Positions 23,183 to 57,009 of a DNA stretch of 64,000 bases are shown piece after piece. Each line of letters opens with the position of its first letter. The stretch's first letter is position 1. Position numbers and translations under genes: made by a program. The notes below the pieces were generated by a model. The model did no database searches. It was not told the origin of the DNA and saw nothing but the letters and a program-made list of their open reading frames with translations. Source of the stretch: the human T2T-CHM13v2.0 reference genome, Homo sapiens. The stretch lies in assembly GCF_009914755.1 (NCBI RefSeq), contig NC_060946.1. One strand, 5' to 3'.

Positions 23183-23605
23183 TGAACACATGGAATTGGG
23201 CTGCAACTAAGTTTGGGGGGCAGTTGAACTTGAATTTGGTCTCAGAATTGTACATTCTCTTCCATGTTGTTTGTGGCGGCGAAGGGGGGGATGGAAGAGG
23301 TTAATGTAGAAGAACATATGATTGTACCAGTGATGACTCAAGTGTTTCTCATCACTGTCTGTTTCACATAGTTGTCACTGATTCTCTGCCACTTTGCAGC
23401 ATCTTCACTTTTAGGTTTTATGAGCAACATGAAATATGCTTAGTTAAGGGCTGAACACTTATTTTTTTCCCCTCCCAATACAACCAGATAAATTTATAAC
23501 AGTGTGGCAGGAAGTGGTGAAAAAACACAGCAAATATTTATTCATAGGCATGTGCTAATGCATAGGCCAAAGGTGTAGCTCACCTAGCTTCTGGATTTCA
23601 CTTAA

Positions 23606-27215
<3,610 letters not shown>

Positions 27216-27944
27216 TATATATATAACCATTTGGAGCGAGGGGTTAGGATGGACACATAGAGGAAGGAGGCTGCCTCTGTGACAAAATTCATATCAATTG
27301 AGATAGCAAATTCCAAGCACCTGCTGGGTGTAGGGCTGTGCCAAGTGTTGTGGGAAATAACAGGGATGAATAAAATCCTTTATGAATATTAATGCCTGTC
27401 TTTGCTCACCGCTAGATGGCAAGCTTCATGAGGGCAGAGAGAAGGTTTTAATTTGGGATAATATTCCCCTTCCCTAATCTTAACCTTGGAGAACATCTGA
27501 GCTGTGGGTCTGCAAGTTATTCCCAAGCTTTCCCTCTCTGCAAGGCATATGGGATTCTGTTGTGGATCCCTTTGCAATGCCTCTGTCTGCGTGGCAGGAG
27601 CTGAGTGACTGGAAAGCAGGAGCCCACTTAGCCCATTTGTCTCCGGGTAAGACAAAGGGGAGTGTCATCTCTACCAGCCTCCAGGCACAGTGGAGAGCTG
27701 GGCTGGCAGATCCAGCTGTTTCCTTGTAGCTGATGACCCACCAGCATGAGAAAGTGGGGCTGTGACAAGCCCACGAGGTGGAAGGTAGAAGACCCATGGG
27801 GGATGCCTGTGGTGGGTGGTGCTAATCTCAGAGGCATCTCTAACAGGGTTCCCTCCCTTACTTTCTCCTGTAGCTTGGGAGTGCCAGAAAGTGGGGGGAA
27901 ATTGGGGATTGGTGCTGCTGCTGAGAGGTTTGGTTTTTTTTTAA

Positions 27945-28700
<756 letters not shown>

Positions 28701-29231
28701 GTCTAGCCCACTCTAAAGCGGAGGGGGGAGTATCTACATATGTTCAGTGGAGTCCTTTTTTCGGACAAGGTTCATAAGATTCTTAAGATGAAAGGCATCT
28801 CCCTTTACTTGGCTCTTTGCCAGGAATCTACGTGCGACATCTGCCATTCTCTCCATCCTACCTGCTATTTATCTTTGTTCACCACTGATCTTATTCCAAA
28901 AAGTTATTTCATGTGGATCATGGAAGTAAATGCAACCCCTAAAATAAAAACATGACTAGATGGGGGAAATTCAGGTAAAGAAAAAAAATAAGACAGGATG
29001 TAATATAAGGCCTTGTAAAGTAGATAGAATTTTGTGCCAAATTCAGCTCTGAACCTCCTGGTAGCCAAAGAAAAGTGGGAAACCTCTGTTCCAAGACTCA
29101 TAGTGGTTATAAAATAAAGACAACCAGATTCCTTGGGAGAAGCATACCTTTTCCTGGTATTAGGATCTAAACAAAATGCCTTTTCTGTGCAGCCTCTTAA
29201 AAGATACACATTGTGTGATACATAGATAGAG

Positions 29232-29449
29232 CAGAGGTCAGGAAACTATAGGGCAGATCTGGTCTACCATCTGCTTTTGTAAATGAAGTTTTATTGTAAT
29301 AGAGCCACACCCATTCATTTACATATTGCCTGTGGCTGCTTTCTCACTTTCTTACTCAAAGTTGAGTAGTTGTGACAGAGACCCTATGGCCCACAAAGCC
29401 TGAAATATTTACTCTCTGGTCTCTTGCAAAAAATGTTTCCCAATTCCTG
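29232..29449 (+). mobile_element. MER58A-like hAT-Charlie MITE
   Basis: cagaggtcaggaaacta...gttgagtagttgtgacagagacc...gcctgaaatatttactctctgg...ttcctg. Confidence 0.8.
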
Positions 29450-29869
29450 ATCCAGAGGACAACTCTTTAACCACCCCCTACCCCGGCTCCCACCAAAATA
29501 GGACTGCAGGACTAATGTGCATTTCTGGTAATGGCCTTCACGTTAGGCTGGTAGAGCAATTCTTGTTATAGTACATGAGAGAACCCCACTACAGGGGCCC
29601 AGAAGGCAATGCCTAAGAGCCACTCTTATATGCATAAGAGCTGGTTCTAGTCCCCTTTAGTTAGCTTATTCTCATTTAAATTTACGGCATGGTCTCATTT
29701 AAATTTACAGCATGGTAAACCTTACTGGTTAGAGGCAGGTGGTAATTGGTAATTGCAAGCTGTCTCTTGCTGCATTTCTCTGTGTGTTTATGGTGCCAGC
29801 AAAACCTGTGTGGTCCTTTTTATTATTATTGTTATTTTTTTAACAAATCATTGAGCCTGCTATAGAACA

Positions 29870-31273
<1,404 letters not shown>

Positions 31274-32193
31274 AGACTGATAGGTTTTTAGCCACTAGTT
31301 GTGGAGAAGAGCACCCCAGGGCGATATGGGGCACATAGACAGGATTTATACACACACGGTGTCATTTGGCTGGACACATACACATGGGTGAATGGTAGGC
31401 AGTGTGGTGAGATCTCAGGTCAAGCCAATGTTGTGCAGGACCCGTGATGTCCTGTGAGTCGGTTTTCAGTGTGGTGGTTCATGGGGAGACTTGAAAGTTT
31501 TCAGAGTAACAGAATGATGGGATTGGAACTGTTCTTGACAGACGATGCAAATGGAGCTGGCTCACAGGGAGGGTTTTTGAGGGAGAGGCTGCAATCAGGG
31601 GCTAGTTAGAAGAATGTTACAGCCCTCCCTGGCCAGAGGAAGTACAGGCATGATTTAGAGATGCATGTGAATCTGCAGAGGGCAGGCCGTGGGACTAGGC
31701 CTGTCTTTAGATGCAAAGCTGGAGAAGAGAGCTATCAGATGGCTCTGAGAGTTGAACCTGAGCAAACTGAAAGGTAGAAGAAAGGAGGTTTTGGGTGGGA
31801 AAGGGTGAGTCACGGTAGGCAGAAGATGTACATTGTGATGTTCACCTATTTGTCTCTATATGTGGTCTTTCAGTCCTGCTGTCCTCATAAGGAGTGATTC
31901 TGACTTCTCCACTCTTTCTATGGAGATTTTTCTTTAGTGTAAATCGTGTGGTTTGAGGCAGGTGCTGAAGCGATTTCTTTGGTCCTGGGGATTTACTGTG
32001 AAGAGTGGCCTCTCATCTGCCCTGGTTGGAGGGTGGGAGTTCCCAGCTGCTCTGATAGAAGGCAGTGCACACAAGACTGGGTAGAGTCTCTAGACAACTT
32101 TAGCTGTGCCACTAGGGACCAAGGGGTAGTGGGAATGAGCAGAATGGGAAGGATTGCATTAATTTTTGTTTATTTTTTGTGAATGCTTACTGA

Positions 32194-32433
<240 letters not shown>

Positions 32434-34422
32434 TGAGATTCAGAGTGGCCAAACTCATGTTCCTGGGGAGTGGGGACAGTCTGATCTCAAAGGCTGCAGA
32501 GGCTGAAGTCCAAAGCTCTGGGCCGAGTTCTGACTCTGCCACAAGTCACATGCGACCCTGGGCAAGTTAGTCCTTAACCACATCTGTATGATGGGACTAA
32601 TGATCTGTTTCCTGCCATCCTCACAGGATAGCTAAGAGGTTCCCACAGAGATGTAGGAAAGTGTCAGGCACCACACAGGAGTACAGGGCTTCCGGAAGGG
32701 GGCTCTGTCCAGTCTGTCTTGTTCACTGTGGTGCCTGTGGCACGATGTCTTGCACGTCATAGCATGCTGTCAGTAAGGAAAAGAACAAACAGTGGATGAA
32801 TCACTAATTGTGGCCAAACATGACTGTTCTTCTTCTATTCCTTAGTATCCGGAGGAAAAGGAAGCTGTGTGTACTTCATTTGCTCGAGCAAGTGCACCAG
32901 CTTTTACTACTGTTGTCAATTCTGAGAAACCGTTTTATTTTCTTCCCAGCTGTGTTTGCTTTATAGTAATTATGCCGCAGTCTTTTCTTATTGTCTCACT
33001 GTATTGACGAAGCAGTCCTTGGCAAAATCATCTAAGAGACTTAACTTTTATACCCCTGCCCTGAGAGCAGAAAGTTCTCTGGGGCTGCTCACCTGGCTGG
33101 CCTCTGTCAGGAGTCACTCCATTTCCCTTATGTCATAAATTCTGTGCTGGTGTAATCTGTGTCTCATCTACTGCAGCCTGTTCATTCTGGCCAGTAGAGG
33201 TGATGGTCATTTCAGAAGCAGGAGCAGGTCTGAACTTCTCTGCTCCCTGCCTTCGCTCATGCCCTTATACCCATCAAGCCTACCTGGCTTTTTGGCTGTA
33301 GGCGTGGAGGAGATTGGAGAGGCTGCCCAATGCATAGAAAAAATCTGCTTCCTCATTGCTTACAAGGGTAGAACAGTAGGTTTACTTCTGCTTTCAGAAG
33401 AAATGAGGAATCGGGGATATTTAGGCTGGAGGTGAAAAGACCAAAAATGACATGGCAGGTAGAATCAGGACCAATGACTGAAAAATACAGAGAACAGATT
33501 CTATTTCATGATGAAGAACTTACTAGCAGTGGGTCCTGCTGCACGGAAATGGGCTGCACTTAGAGGTGCCAAGTTCTTTGCCATTGAAGATGTTCACACA
33601 GATAGGACAGCCTCTTGCCCAGACACGTGGTCTCAGCAGAGACTCAGGCATTAGAAGGAAGTTCATTTCAAGGGTCTTTGAAAACTTTTTCTAACCCTGA
33701 AATTCTGAAACACTTCCAGTGATTTCTGGACCCTCTGAATAGTCATGAAGAGTAGTCTGGGACTGAGGAAAGGGAGAAGTTCAAAGAACTTGAGGAGCTT
33801 CTGGATAAGCCCCACAGCTGGCCCAGTTCGGTATAGTGGGTGGCCACTCAGCTGCTGAGTATTAAGCACGTTTTAAGGGACCATCACACCTTTGAGCAAG
33901 AATGTGGGCAGCAGGTGGTGGAAAGGACTTTGGAGAGAGACTGACCTGGATTCAGATCCACATCCTGGTACTTCTGGCTCTTTGACCTTCAGCAGTTCCT
34001 TTAGTCAGTTTCAAAGGGTCGGTGTTAATTATTTTAGTATTGTTTACCACTTTGGGCTTCCTGTGTGTCAGCCCTGTACATGTGCTCAGCATCGTATAAA
34101 CGTTCGCCTCACATCAGCCCTCAAAGACAGGAACAGCATTAACCCCATTTTTCACATGGGGGCGCTGAGGCCAAGAAAAGCTATGTAGCAGGTTAGTGAT
34201 GATACTGGGATTCCATTCCCCATGCTCTTAGGGTGTTACCTAGTACTCTGGTCAGGATTCAATGAAGCTACCTGTGAAAGGCTCTTGGGGCAAACCCAGA
34301 GCAGTCCAGGGGGTTTCTTGGAAGTGGTTGGGCCTTGGGCCTGAGGAATATTATTAAAAGGAGAGATGCTTACTAAGGGCAAGTTTGGACACAAAAGTAC
34401 TTTGAATTCTAAATGTGGACAT

Positions 34423-35776
<1,354 letters not shown>

Positions 35777-35867
35777 CCCGGTAACAGTTTCTTTTGTCCT
35801 CTCATGGGTGTTTCTCTGAGTCTAGGAATAGCATAGGGACATTGCTTTATGGTATTAAATGCTCTAG

Positions 35868-36125
<258 letters not shown>

Positions 36126-37309
36126 TAGGTCCCGAAAAATCAGGGCCTGCCTTAGAAGCCATCACCCTTTCCAGTAATGAGATCTGCAGGTTGGGGTGAG
36201 GATTTTTTTTAATAAGTGGGAGGCCTTTCTGGAATTGATGAAAGAACAAGTCTTGCTTTGAAATACACTGTATCTTGACTTAAAAACCGTGCAGAATTTA
36301 TTGTCTGAACTGAAATGTTTTGGACAGAATCTGTGCATTTATAAACCTCAGAAAAATCTCTATGATTTTTGGGGGAATGCCCTCCCTCTGACCTCAAGCC
36401 GCCAGTTTCCCCTGGTCAATGCATGCTTATTCAAGACTCAATGCTGGATTCAAGGCTCTGACCCAGGGGCCTTCTGTCACCTTGTACTTACTCTGTCAGA
36501 GCTCTTAGCACAACAGAATGAAGATCTTTCTCTCATTTGTCTCCTGCCTCAACCAGCTCCTTGAGAGCAGGATCACCTCTTATTTTCCATTTCTGTATCA
36601 CCAGTGCCAGGCATGTTGCTTGGCACCTGGTAGGCACTTAGCACCATGCTTGCTGGATTTAATTACGCTGCTCAGAACTGGAACTCTGGAATATGGCAGA
36701 ACTGGAATAACAAGGAAATGGGAAACGGCCAGTTGACTGAGCCAGTTCATGCCATCCTGTCTATACGGAGGCCCCAACTGGAAGTCAGTACTGTTTCCTT
36801 ACCAGCTGAGTTGTCATCATGGAAATGTTAAAATTGATAACTGATTTGAAAAAGCATGTGATTCTCAGTTCTCACTCTGAGGGTCTTGATGTGCTGTTTT
36901 GCACAGCCTTTGCCGTATACACTCTCGTCTCCCTGAGAATACGATTTCCTTATTCAAATAATGAAATGCTACTACAGCAGTTTAAATGAATGAGCTGAAG
37001 GTACATGTATCAACATGGATAAATGTCAGAAGCATGATGTGGACTGGAAAACCAACTTATAAAATGATATAATATTATGCCCTTTATTTAAAAACTTAGA
37101 ATCCCGAAAGAATACCTTATATTCTCTATCATACGTGTTTATATAATAAAATTATTTAAGAATAATATTACACTAACCATTTATTTCTGGGGAGAGAGAA
37201 AGAGTAATGGGAGTGGGAGAGTCTAAGGAGATTTTTTTTTAATAAGAATATCTGAAATCAGTATAGAGAAGTGTCAAATTTGTGAAAGTAGAATAGTGGC
37301 ATATGTGGA

Positions 37310-37646
<337 letters not shown>

Positions 37647-37839
37647 TGAAATATTTGATGATGATACGAGTTTACATTTTAAAATATAATTTATATCAAG
37701 TACAACATGTCTAATCTGGGGGTGGAGGGTAGGGTCTCCTCAGTGCTCCTGTCACTCCCTTGTCTCCAGAGCATGACTGAGGGCTGCCCCTTCAAGATGC
37801 CTCTCTGCAGGAATTTCAGAGTTTCAATGTCTCTCCTAG

Positions 37840-37950
<111 letters not shown>

Positions 37951-38553
37951 TAGAGCCGAGGCGAATGCGGTTGCCCACAGGGGCAAGTGTTTTTCCTGGT
38001 GACTTGCTCTTTCACATGATGGTGCTTCCTGAGCTGCATGTGTGACTTTGTATTATAAGTTGACAGATCTGTCAACTTCCTTGAGCCTTTGTACTTAATT
38101 TAAGCATAGCCAGAGTGACAAGGGTTTCTTAAGCTACAGTGTGTTCTTGGTGAGAACAGTGTGGGTGAAAGATAAAGCTAAAAGAGGCCAAGGGACCTGG
38201 TGTGAGGAAATTCCCACACATCAGTTTTTGGTAGCTGTTTTTAATTAGAGTGCCCCACCCCCTTGCCCACCCAGCCCAGGTGGTTCTGATTATATTATCA
38301 TGGGCTCCAGTCTGTGATTTATAGCACTTTTCACTTGCTAGATCTCCAGTTCAGACTCCATTTCTAACCCCAGGAAACTATCAAGTCCTAGCAAGTTTTC
38401 CAAGTAATATTTTAAGTATCTGTGGGGTTTTTTTTCTTTTGTTTGGTTTTTTTAAATAATGAGGAAAAAGTAATTCCCCAGAGGGAAAACTTTTTTAGCG
38501 TGGTCAGAGCTGACTCACATAACTGGAGGCACCCCAGATTCAGACCAGCATCT

Positions 38554-40732
<2,179 letters not shown>

Positions 40733-40749
<17 letters not shown>

Positions 40750-40820
40750 CACACACACACACGTATATATATATACACATATATATACATATATATACAC
40801 ATATATATATACATATATAT
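40733..40820. repeat. Compound (TA)n/(CA)n microsatellite grown from an Alu tail
   Basis: Alternating TA/CA runs directly after poly(A). Confidence 0.9.
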
Positions 40821-41147
40821 TTTTAATTGAAGTGAAATTCACATGATATAAAATTAACCATTTAAAAATGAACAGCTCAGTGCATTTAGTACATCCACAG
40901 TGTTGTACAACTATCATGTCCATCTAGTTCCTGACCATTTTCATCACCCTGAAATGAAACCCCATCCCCTTGAGGAGTCACCTTCCAACTCCTCCTCCCA
41001 CCCCCAGCAACCAATAATCTGCTTTCTTTCTCAAAGATTTGCCTATTCGCTACGTTTCACATAAATGGAACTATACAGTATGTGGCCTTGTGTGTCGGCT
41101 TCTTTTACTTAGCGTGTTTTTAAGGTTTATCAAGTTGTAGCATGCAT
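40821..41147 (-). mobile_element. L1M 3' end fragment just upstream of exon ~38
   Basis: ttaattgaagtgaaattcacat...tttagtacatccacagtgttgtacaac...tttcacataaatggaa. Confidence 0.8.
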
Positions 41148-41174
41148 CATGAAGAAAATAAGCATTTGTGTTGA

Positions 41175-41519
<345 letters not shown>

Positions 41520-42273
41520 TGAACCAGGATTAGAGTCGCTGAGGCCATCACACAGGCCACTGTGTCTGTCGGCACTGTTGGCTCCGTTGCTGACTTCCAC
41601 TTGCCGAGTGGTTTTATGACTGTCCCAACCAACAGACGGTATTTAGCACCTCTCAAATCAGAACATAGTGCCAGACCTGTTCGGATAGGAGAGAAGAAAT
41701 ATGTGGCCAATTTTCCCGAGGGTTCTGTAGGATATAGGAGATGTGAGATAGTGCTCATTGCACCAGCTAGTTCCTGCCGGAGCCCCTCCCTACAACCATA
41801 GCATCCTATGATCTCAGAAGAGGAAGGAACCTAAAAGGTCATCCATTCCAGACACTCATGCAGAGCAAAAGTCTCTCTCTCTCTCTCCTCTTCCTTTCCT
41901 CCCCAAATGTGCTTACCATATTGAAGGATGTAAACTGAAACACTTCCCTCCTTTCCACCATTCCTGCAGCTCTAAGATGGGGGTAAACAGCTGCTTATTG
42001 AAAGGCAATGACCTCTGATAGGAAATGGGGAACTCTGAGCTAGAGGACCTGACTGATGGGTTGAAATGTGAACATCTTTAGAAAATACCTGCTCTGGGCA
42101 AAGACCATGGGATTTATCTTAAGGGCAAGTTGGAGGATCCTGAAAGCCCTCTGAAAGGAAGAAAGCAAATAGAACATAAACCAAACTCCAGGGAAATTCC
42201 ATGTTCTGCTTTGTTTGCCTGTAATCGCCCAGCTAATTGGAATCCTTTACTAGCTGGTAAAACGGAGATGTTA

Positions 42274-43658
<1,385 letters not shown>

Positions 43659-44687
43659 GAATAGCAAAGAAAAGGGCAGGTACCTACCCTGATGTCAGTG
43701 GGAAGCAGAAGCCAATAGTCCAGCAACAAAGGTGGAGTGGGGAAAACCTGTTACAAATATAACAAACACAAGAACTTGATAAGTACAGTGTTAATCATTC
43801 ACTTATAGCACTAGGCTGCATACGAGAAGCTTCTCAAGAAGCAACTTTACACCATTTTTCTCATGAAATCAAGTTTATTTTTAGTAGCCAAGTTTTAAAG
43901 TCTACTTTTTCCTCATAGATAAAAATTAAGAATTTTCATCTCTGCGGAACAAGGAACTAAGCCTGAAAGCTAGCTAGGTGCTTTCAGATACGCACCAAAG
44001 AGAGAGCTGAAAAGTCAACTTCCCACTCCCCTCGGGGTTACTTTCTGAGAAAAAGACACAATGCATTACAATAAGTAAATATTGGATCATGCATGGCGAC
44101 AATTTATGTGAGAGCTGAAGAAAGCAAAAAGATTTCTTCCTTTCAAATAAATTTCAAATATTCAAATAAATGCCACGAATCCAAGTGACACCTCCTTGTA
44201 GTAAGAGGCGCTCGAACCAGCACATAGAGCATATTTACTCCACTGATTTCTTGGAAGTGTGTTTACAGATCTCTTGGTAAGACCCCAGATTAGAAGCAGA
44301 AAATTGGAGGCAGCTAATGGCAGCAAGTGTATAACACATTTTAGCAAAATGTTTTGCAAAATAAATCTGTTAAATTTTGATCTTTTAAGGTGGGAAGTAA
44401 CTATCATTTGTTCATTCTTTCTCTTTTTTTTTATTTTCTTGTTCCTTCTCTTCTTTCTCCTCTTCTCTTCTCTTCTTTTTAAAAATAGAGACAGGGTCTC
44501 CCTATGTTGCCCAGGCTGTTCTCAAACTCCTGGGTGCAAGGAATCTTCCTGCCTCAGCCTCCCAAAGTGCTAGGATTACAGGTGGGAGCCATTACGCCCG
44601 GCCTGTTCTTCCTTTTCTTGAAAGTGTTCAACGAAAGGAATTATTCTAATGTGAATCTTCTCCAGTAGATCATACAAAACCCAAGAG

Positions 44688-44894
44688 CAGGGTTTCTCAA
44701 CTTCAGCACTACTGACATTTTGGGCCAGATCATTCTTTCTTGTGGGGAAGTGTTCTGTGCACTGGAGGATGTTGAGCAGCATCCTGCCCTCTACCCAGTA
44801 GCACTACCAGCCCCACCCAGTGTGATAAAATGTCTCCTGACATTGCCAAATGTCCCCTGGGGTTGGTAAAATTACCCCCAGCTGAGAACCGCTG
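44688..44894 (-). mobile_element. MER20 hAT-Charlie MITE
   Basis: TIRs cagggtttctcaa / tgagaaccgctg and MER20 core. Confidence 0.85.
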
Positions 44895-45699
44895 TCCTAG
44901 GGGGAACTGAAGGATTCCAATCAGGAGCCAAGATTAGAGCAAAACCTGAGAGGCTTTGAAGCCCATCAGTAACTTCCCTAAGCAGGTGTCAAGTTGATGC
45001 GTGATAAGGGCGTGCTTTCAGAACTTTGGGGTAGGATGAATGGTCAGAGCTGGAGCTGAGATGTTAGAGGGAAGCACTGTCCTCCACTCTGCTCTGCTCT
45101 GCTCTGGCCCCTGGGCTCCTCTTGTGCTTTCTTTCACTGGTGCCAGTGGTGGTTGCTTCAGTCTTGCCTGCTGTGGTGCGATGGTAATAACATTAATGCC
45201 ATGATTTGTAGAAAATTGATGTGTCAGGTCCTGTACAGAGCAGAAAATCTTCATTAATCTTTACGTCAGTCTCCTGATGGGTACTACAATTTATGCTTTA
45301 GAGTTTAGGAAACTGTGAGGCTCAGAGAGGCGAAGTAATTTGCCCAAGGCTCTGCAGCCACTAAGTGCTAGAGCTGGAGTTTATTCTCAGGACTGCCTGG
45401 CCCTGAAGCCTGAACTCCAAGCACACTGCATTTCGGCCCAAGGAGACAAAAGTCAAAGCCTGTCAGGATTTTGGATGATTTGCACAATAGCCCAGTTCCA
45501 GGAGTGGCTTCTGCCCTGTGATGAGGGACACTCAGGTCCCAGGCCCTTGCTACAGAACCACAACTCTCTGGGTGTGTCCTTTCTTCCCCTCTATGCCATC
45601 CCTGCTGGTCTTCCCAATGCACTCCCTCCAGTCCTGGCTTCAACAGTTCTTTGACCCCCACCAGGACCTGTAACCAATTGATCTTGCTATCATTCTCCC

Positions 45700-51516
<5,817 letters not shown>

Positions 51517-52119
51517 GTTTTGATTTTGGCTAAGTAAAGGGTTATTCTGGCAGTATCAGGAATCCATAACATGAAGCAGAGACAGAATGTAGTTTTGATG
51601 AGCCTTTTAGCATTGGAGTGACCAAGTTCTTTAGCCTTAAATGTCACAGACAGCCAACCAGTGTCCATGGGCGGCACAGACAGGCCTCAGATTGAACATT
51701 GGCAAACTAATGGCCTAAATTGGGAGAAGAGACCAGCAGGAACAGAAGGAAAAGAGGAGAGTTACAAGTTAGGTGGCTGGGTAAGGCAAGAGAGGAGGTC
51801 CACACTCCTTTCTCATCCATGCTTCACCTGATTCTCATCCTGTCTCTATGAACCATCTGGGCTGGCACATCTCAGTTTGTAGTTCAGGAACTAAATCAGG
51901 AGAGGTGAAACAATGCTCTCTGAGACATATGGTTACTAAATGGCAGAGCTTAGATCTTCCAACTTCAAATCAATAAGTTTTCCCATTTGCATGTTCTAGG
52001 TTTTTGTTTGTTTTTCCATTCATGAGATATTTATTAAAATAACACATTTGGGGGAAAAAATCAATACAACATAGACATCACTACTGAAAACCATATATCA
52101 TCATACAAAAAGGGATTTT

Positions 52120-52767
<648 letters not shown>

Positions 52768-53147
52768 TAATACCACAGAACAACACAATCTAGGTCAATC
52801 TTAAAGACTGACAGGCTGAGCAAGGAATGTTTTTATTTTTTTGTAGGAGCTCCTTCTTTAAACTGTCAAGTACTAGGGCTCTGCCTTTTGGAGTGATTTC
52901 AGCCACCAAGTCATCGACAATAACGTGTTCTAGTCCTTTCTCTTTAATTACCTCTTAATGCAAAAGCAAAAAACATATCACTTAAAATCATTATCTTTAC
53001 ATTATCTTTATCAACTCATCCTTTCAGCCACATTCAATTAATTTAGCTCAGCAGCTCTTTCAGGCGTTCTCTTACTCCGGTTTCTGTCAACTTTTGGTTA
53101 ATCTCTGCTCTCATATTCATCTTGCTAACCACACTTCCTGGACTTAG

Positions 53148-53162
53148 TCTTTTGAGAGAATG
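53148..53162 (+). other. Candidate 15-nt poison microexon (introduces TGA in the DEPDC5 frame)
   Basis: TGCTAAC branch point (A53128), acttag| acceptor, ATG|gtgagt donor; in phase 1 reads (G)TC TTT TGA. Confidence 0.35.
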
Positions 53163-53963
53163 GTGAGTGGTACATCTGGCAGCTGAATGCCAGTTTGCCT
53201 GAATGCCATTAGTGACCTAGCTGGAGCTCTCCTGCCTTACAACAGAAGCTCATTAAAATTGCTGACGCAAGAGCTGTTTATCTTTGTCAGTGAGAAAAAC
53301 CCACTCAGGGCTTCTATCTGCAGAACCCAGAACTAAACTGACCACTTCAGCTGAAGAAAACTGTTGAATTCATGGGGGTAAGGGAGAATGAGGGGTGGAT
53401 TATAGTTTATAGAAACCCTAGGTCTGGGGGTACATGTTCTCAGGATCTCTTAAGACTGTGCCTCAGGGAGGCAAAAAACAAACAGAAACCCTAGGTCTGG
53501 CAGTGCCCAGCCAGGCAGAACAGAAGCCTGACCTTTTCTTTGCTTCTGAGCGTATTTTAGGGCCTTAGCCTGGTCAGGAACTTGATTGACACGTCTCTGA
53601 AACATCCTATCTTGAGTTGGTAGGATTTCTGAGCAGAAGTCCCAGATAGGATGAGTAAGCTTGGTACTCACCCAGCATCCTTGAGCAACATGTCAATGAT
53701 AGGACAGGGTGTTAAGCTTCATTATAAGGTTTCATTTCTTGAGAAAAGATTGTAGAACTACTGTCTTCCTGGGTTGAAACCTGAAAAGCAAGACTTGTCA
53801 CTGGTGGTCTGTGCTGTTTGCCCATTGTGTTTCTTCATAGGTCACTGAAATAAAAAGATCTGGGGTTTAGCCTGGCTGAGGTTCTGATTCCATCATCTTG
53901 GCCAAGGCATCTTCCCTCCCTGGCTGCCATTTCCTCATCTGTAAATGAAGGGGTTGGATTACT

Positions 53964-55127
<1,164 letters not shown>

Positions 55128-55203
55128 ATGATTTCCAGGAAACTTCTGGAATCTGCAGTTTTCTTTTAGGCACTTGTATATAGTTTCATATCTGGATACT
55201 TAG

Positions 55204-55840
<637 letters not shown>

Positions 55841-56184
55841 GTTTAGAGTGAAAAGTAAGTCTGTTTCCCACTCTCATTCCCTGGGATCTACTTCTGCTTT
55901 GTTGAGTAAACTTCCAGAGAGATTCTAAGCATGGACAAAATCACGTTACTTTTTTTTTTTTTCAGCAGAGATGGTAGCATTGGATACATACTACTTACAT
56001 TGCATTTTTTCTATCACCTATGTGTTCCATGTCAGTACAAATAAATCTGCCTTGGGATTTTTTTTATTATTATTGTTATTGGGATTTTTGTTTGTTTTTG
56101 TTTTGCCTCGTTGTTTTTAAGGGCTGGAGAGTTTTCTATTATTTGTTTAACCATAGTTAACCAGTCCCCTGTTAATAAACATCA

Positions 56185-57009
<825 letters not shown>

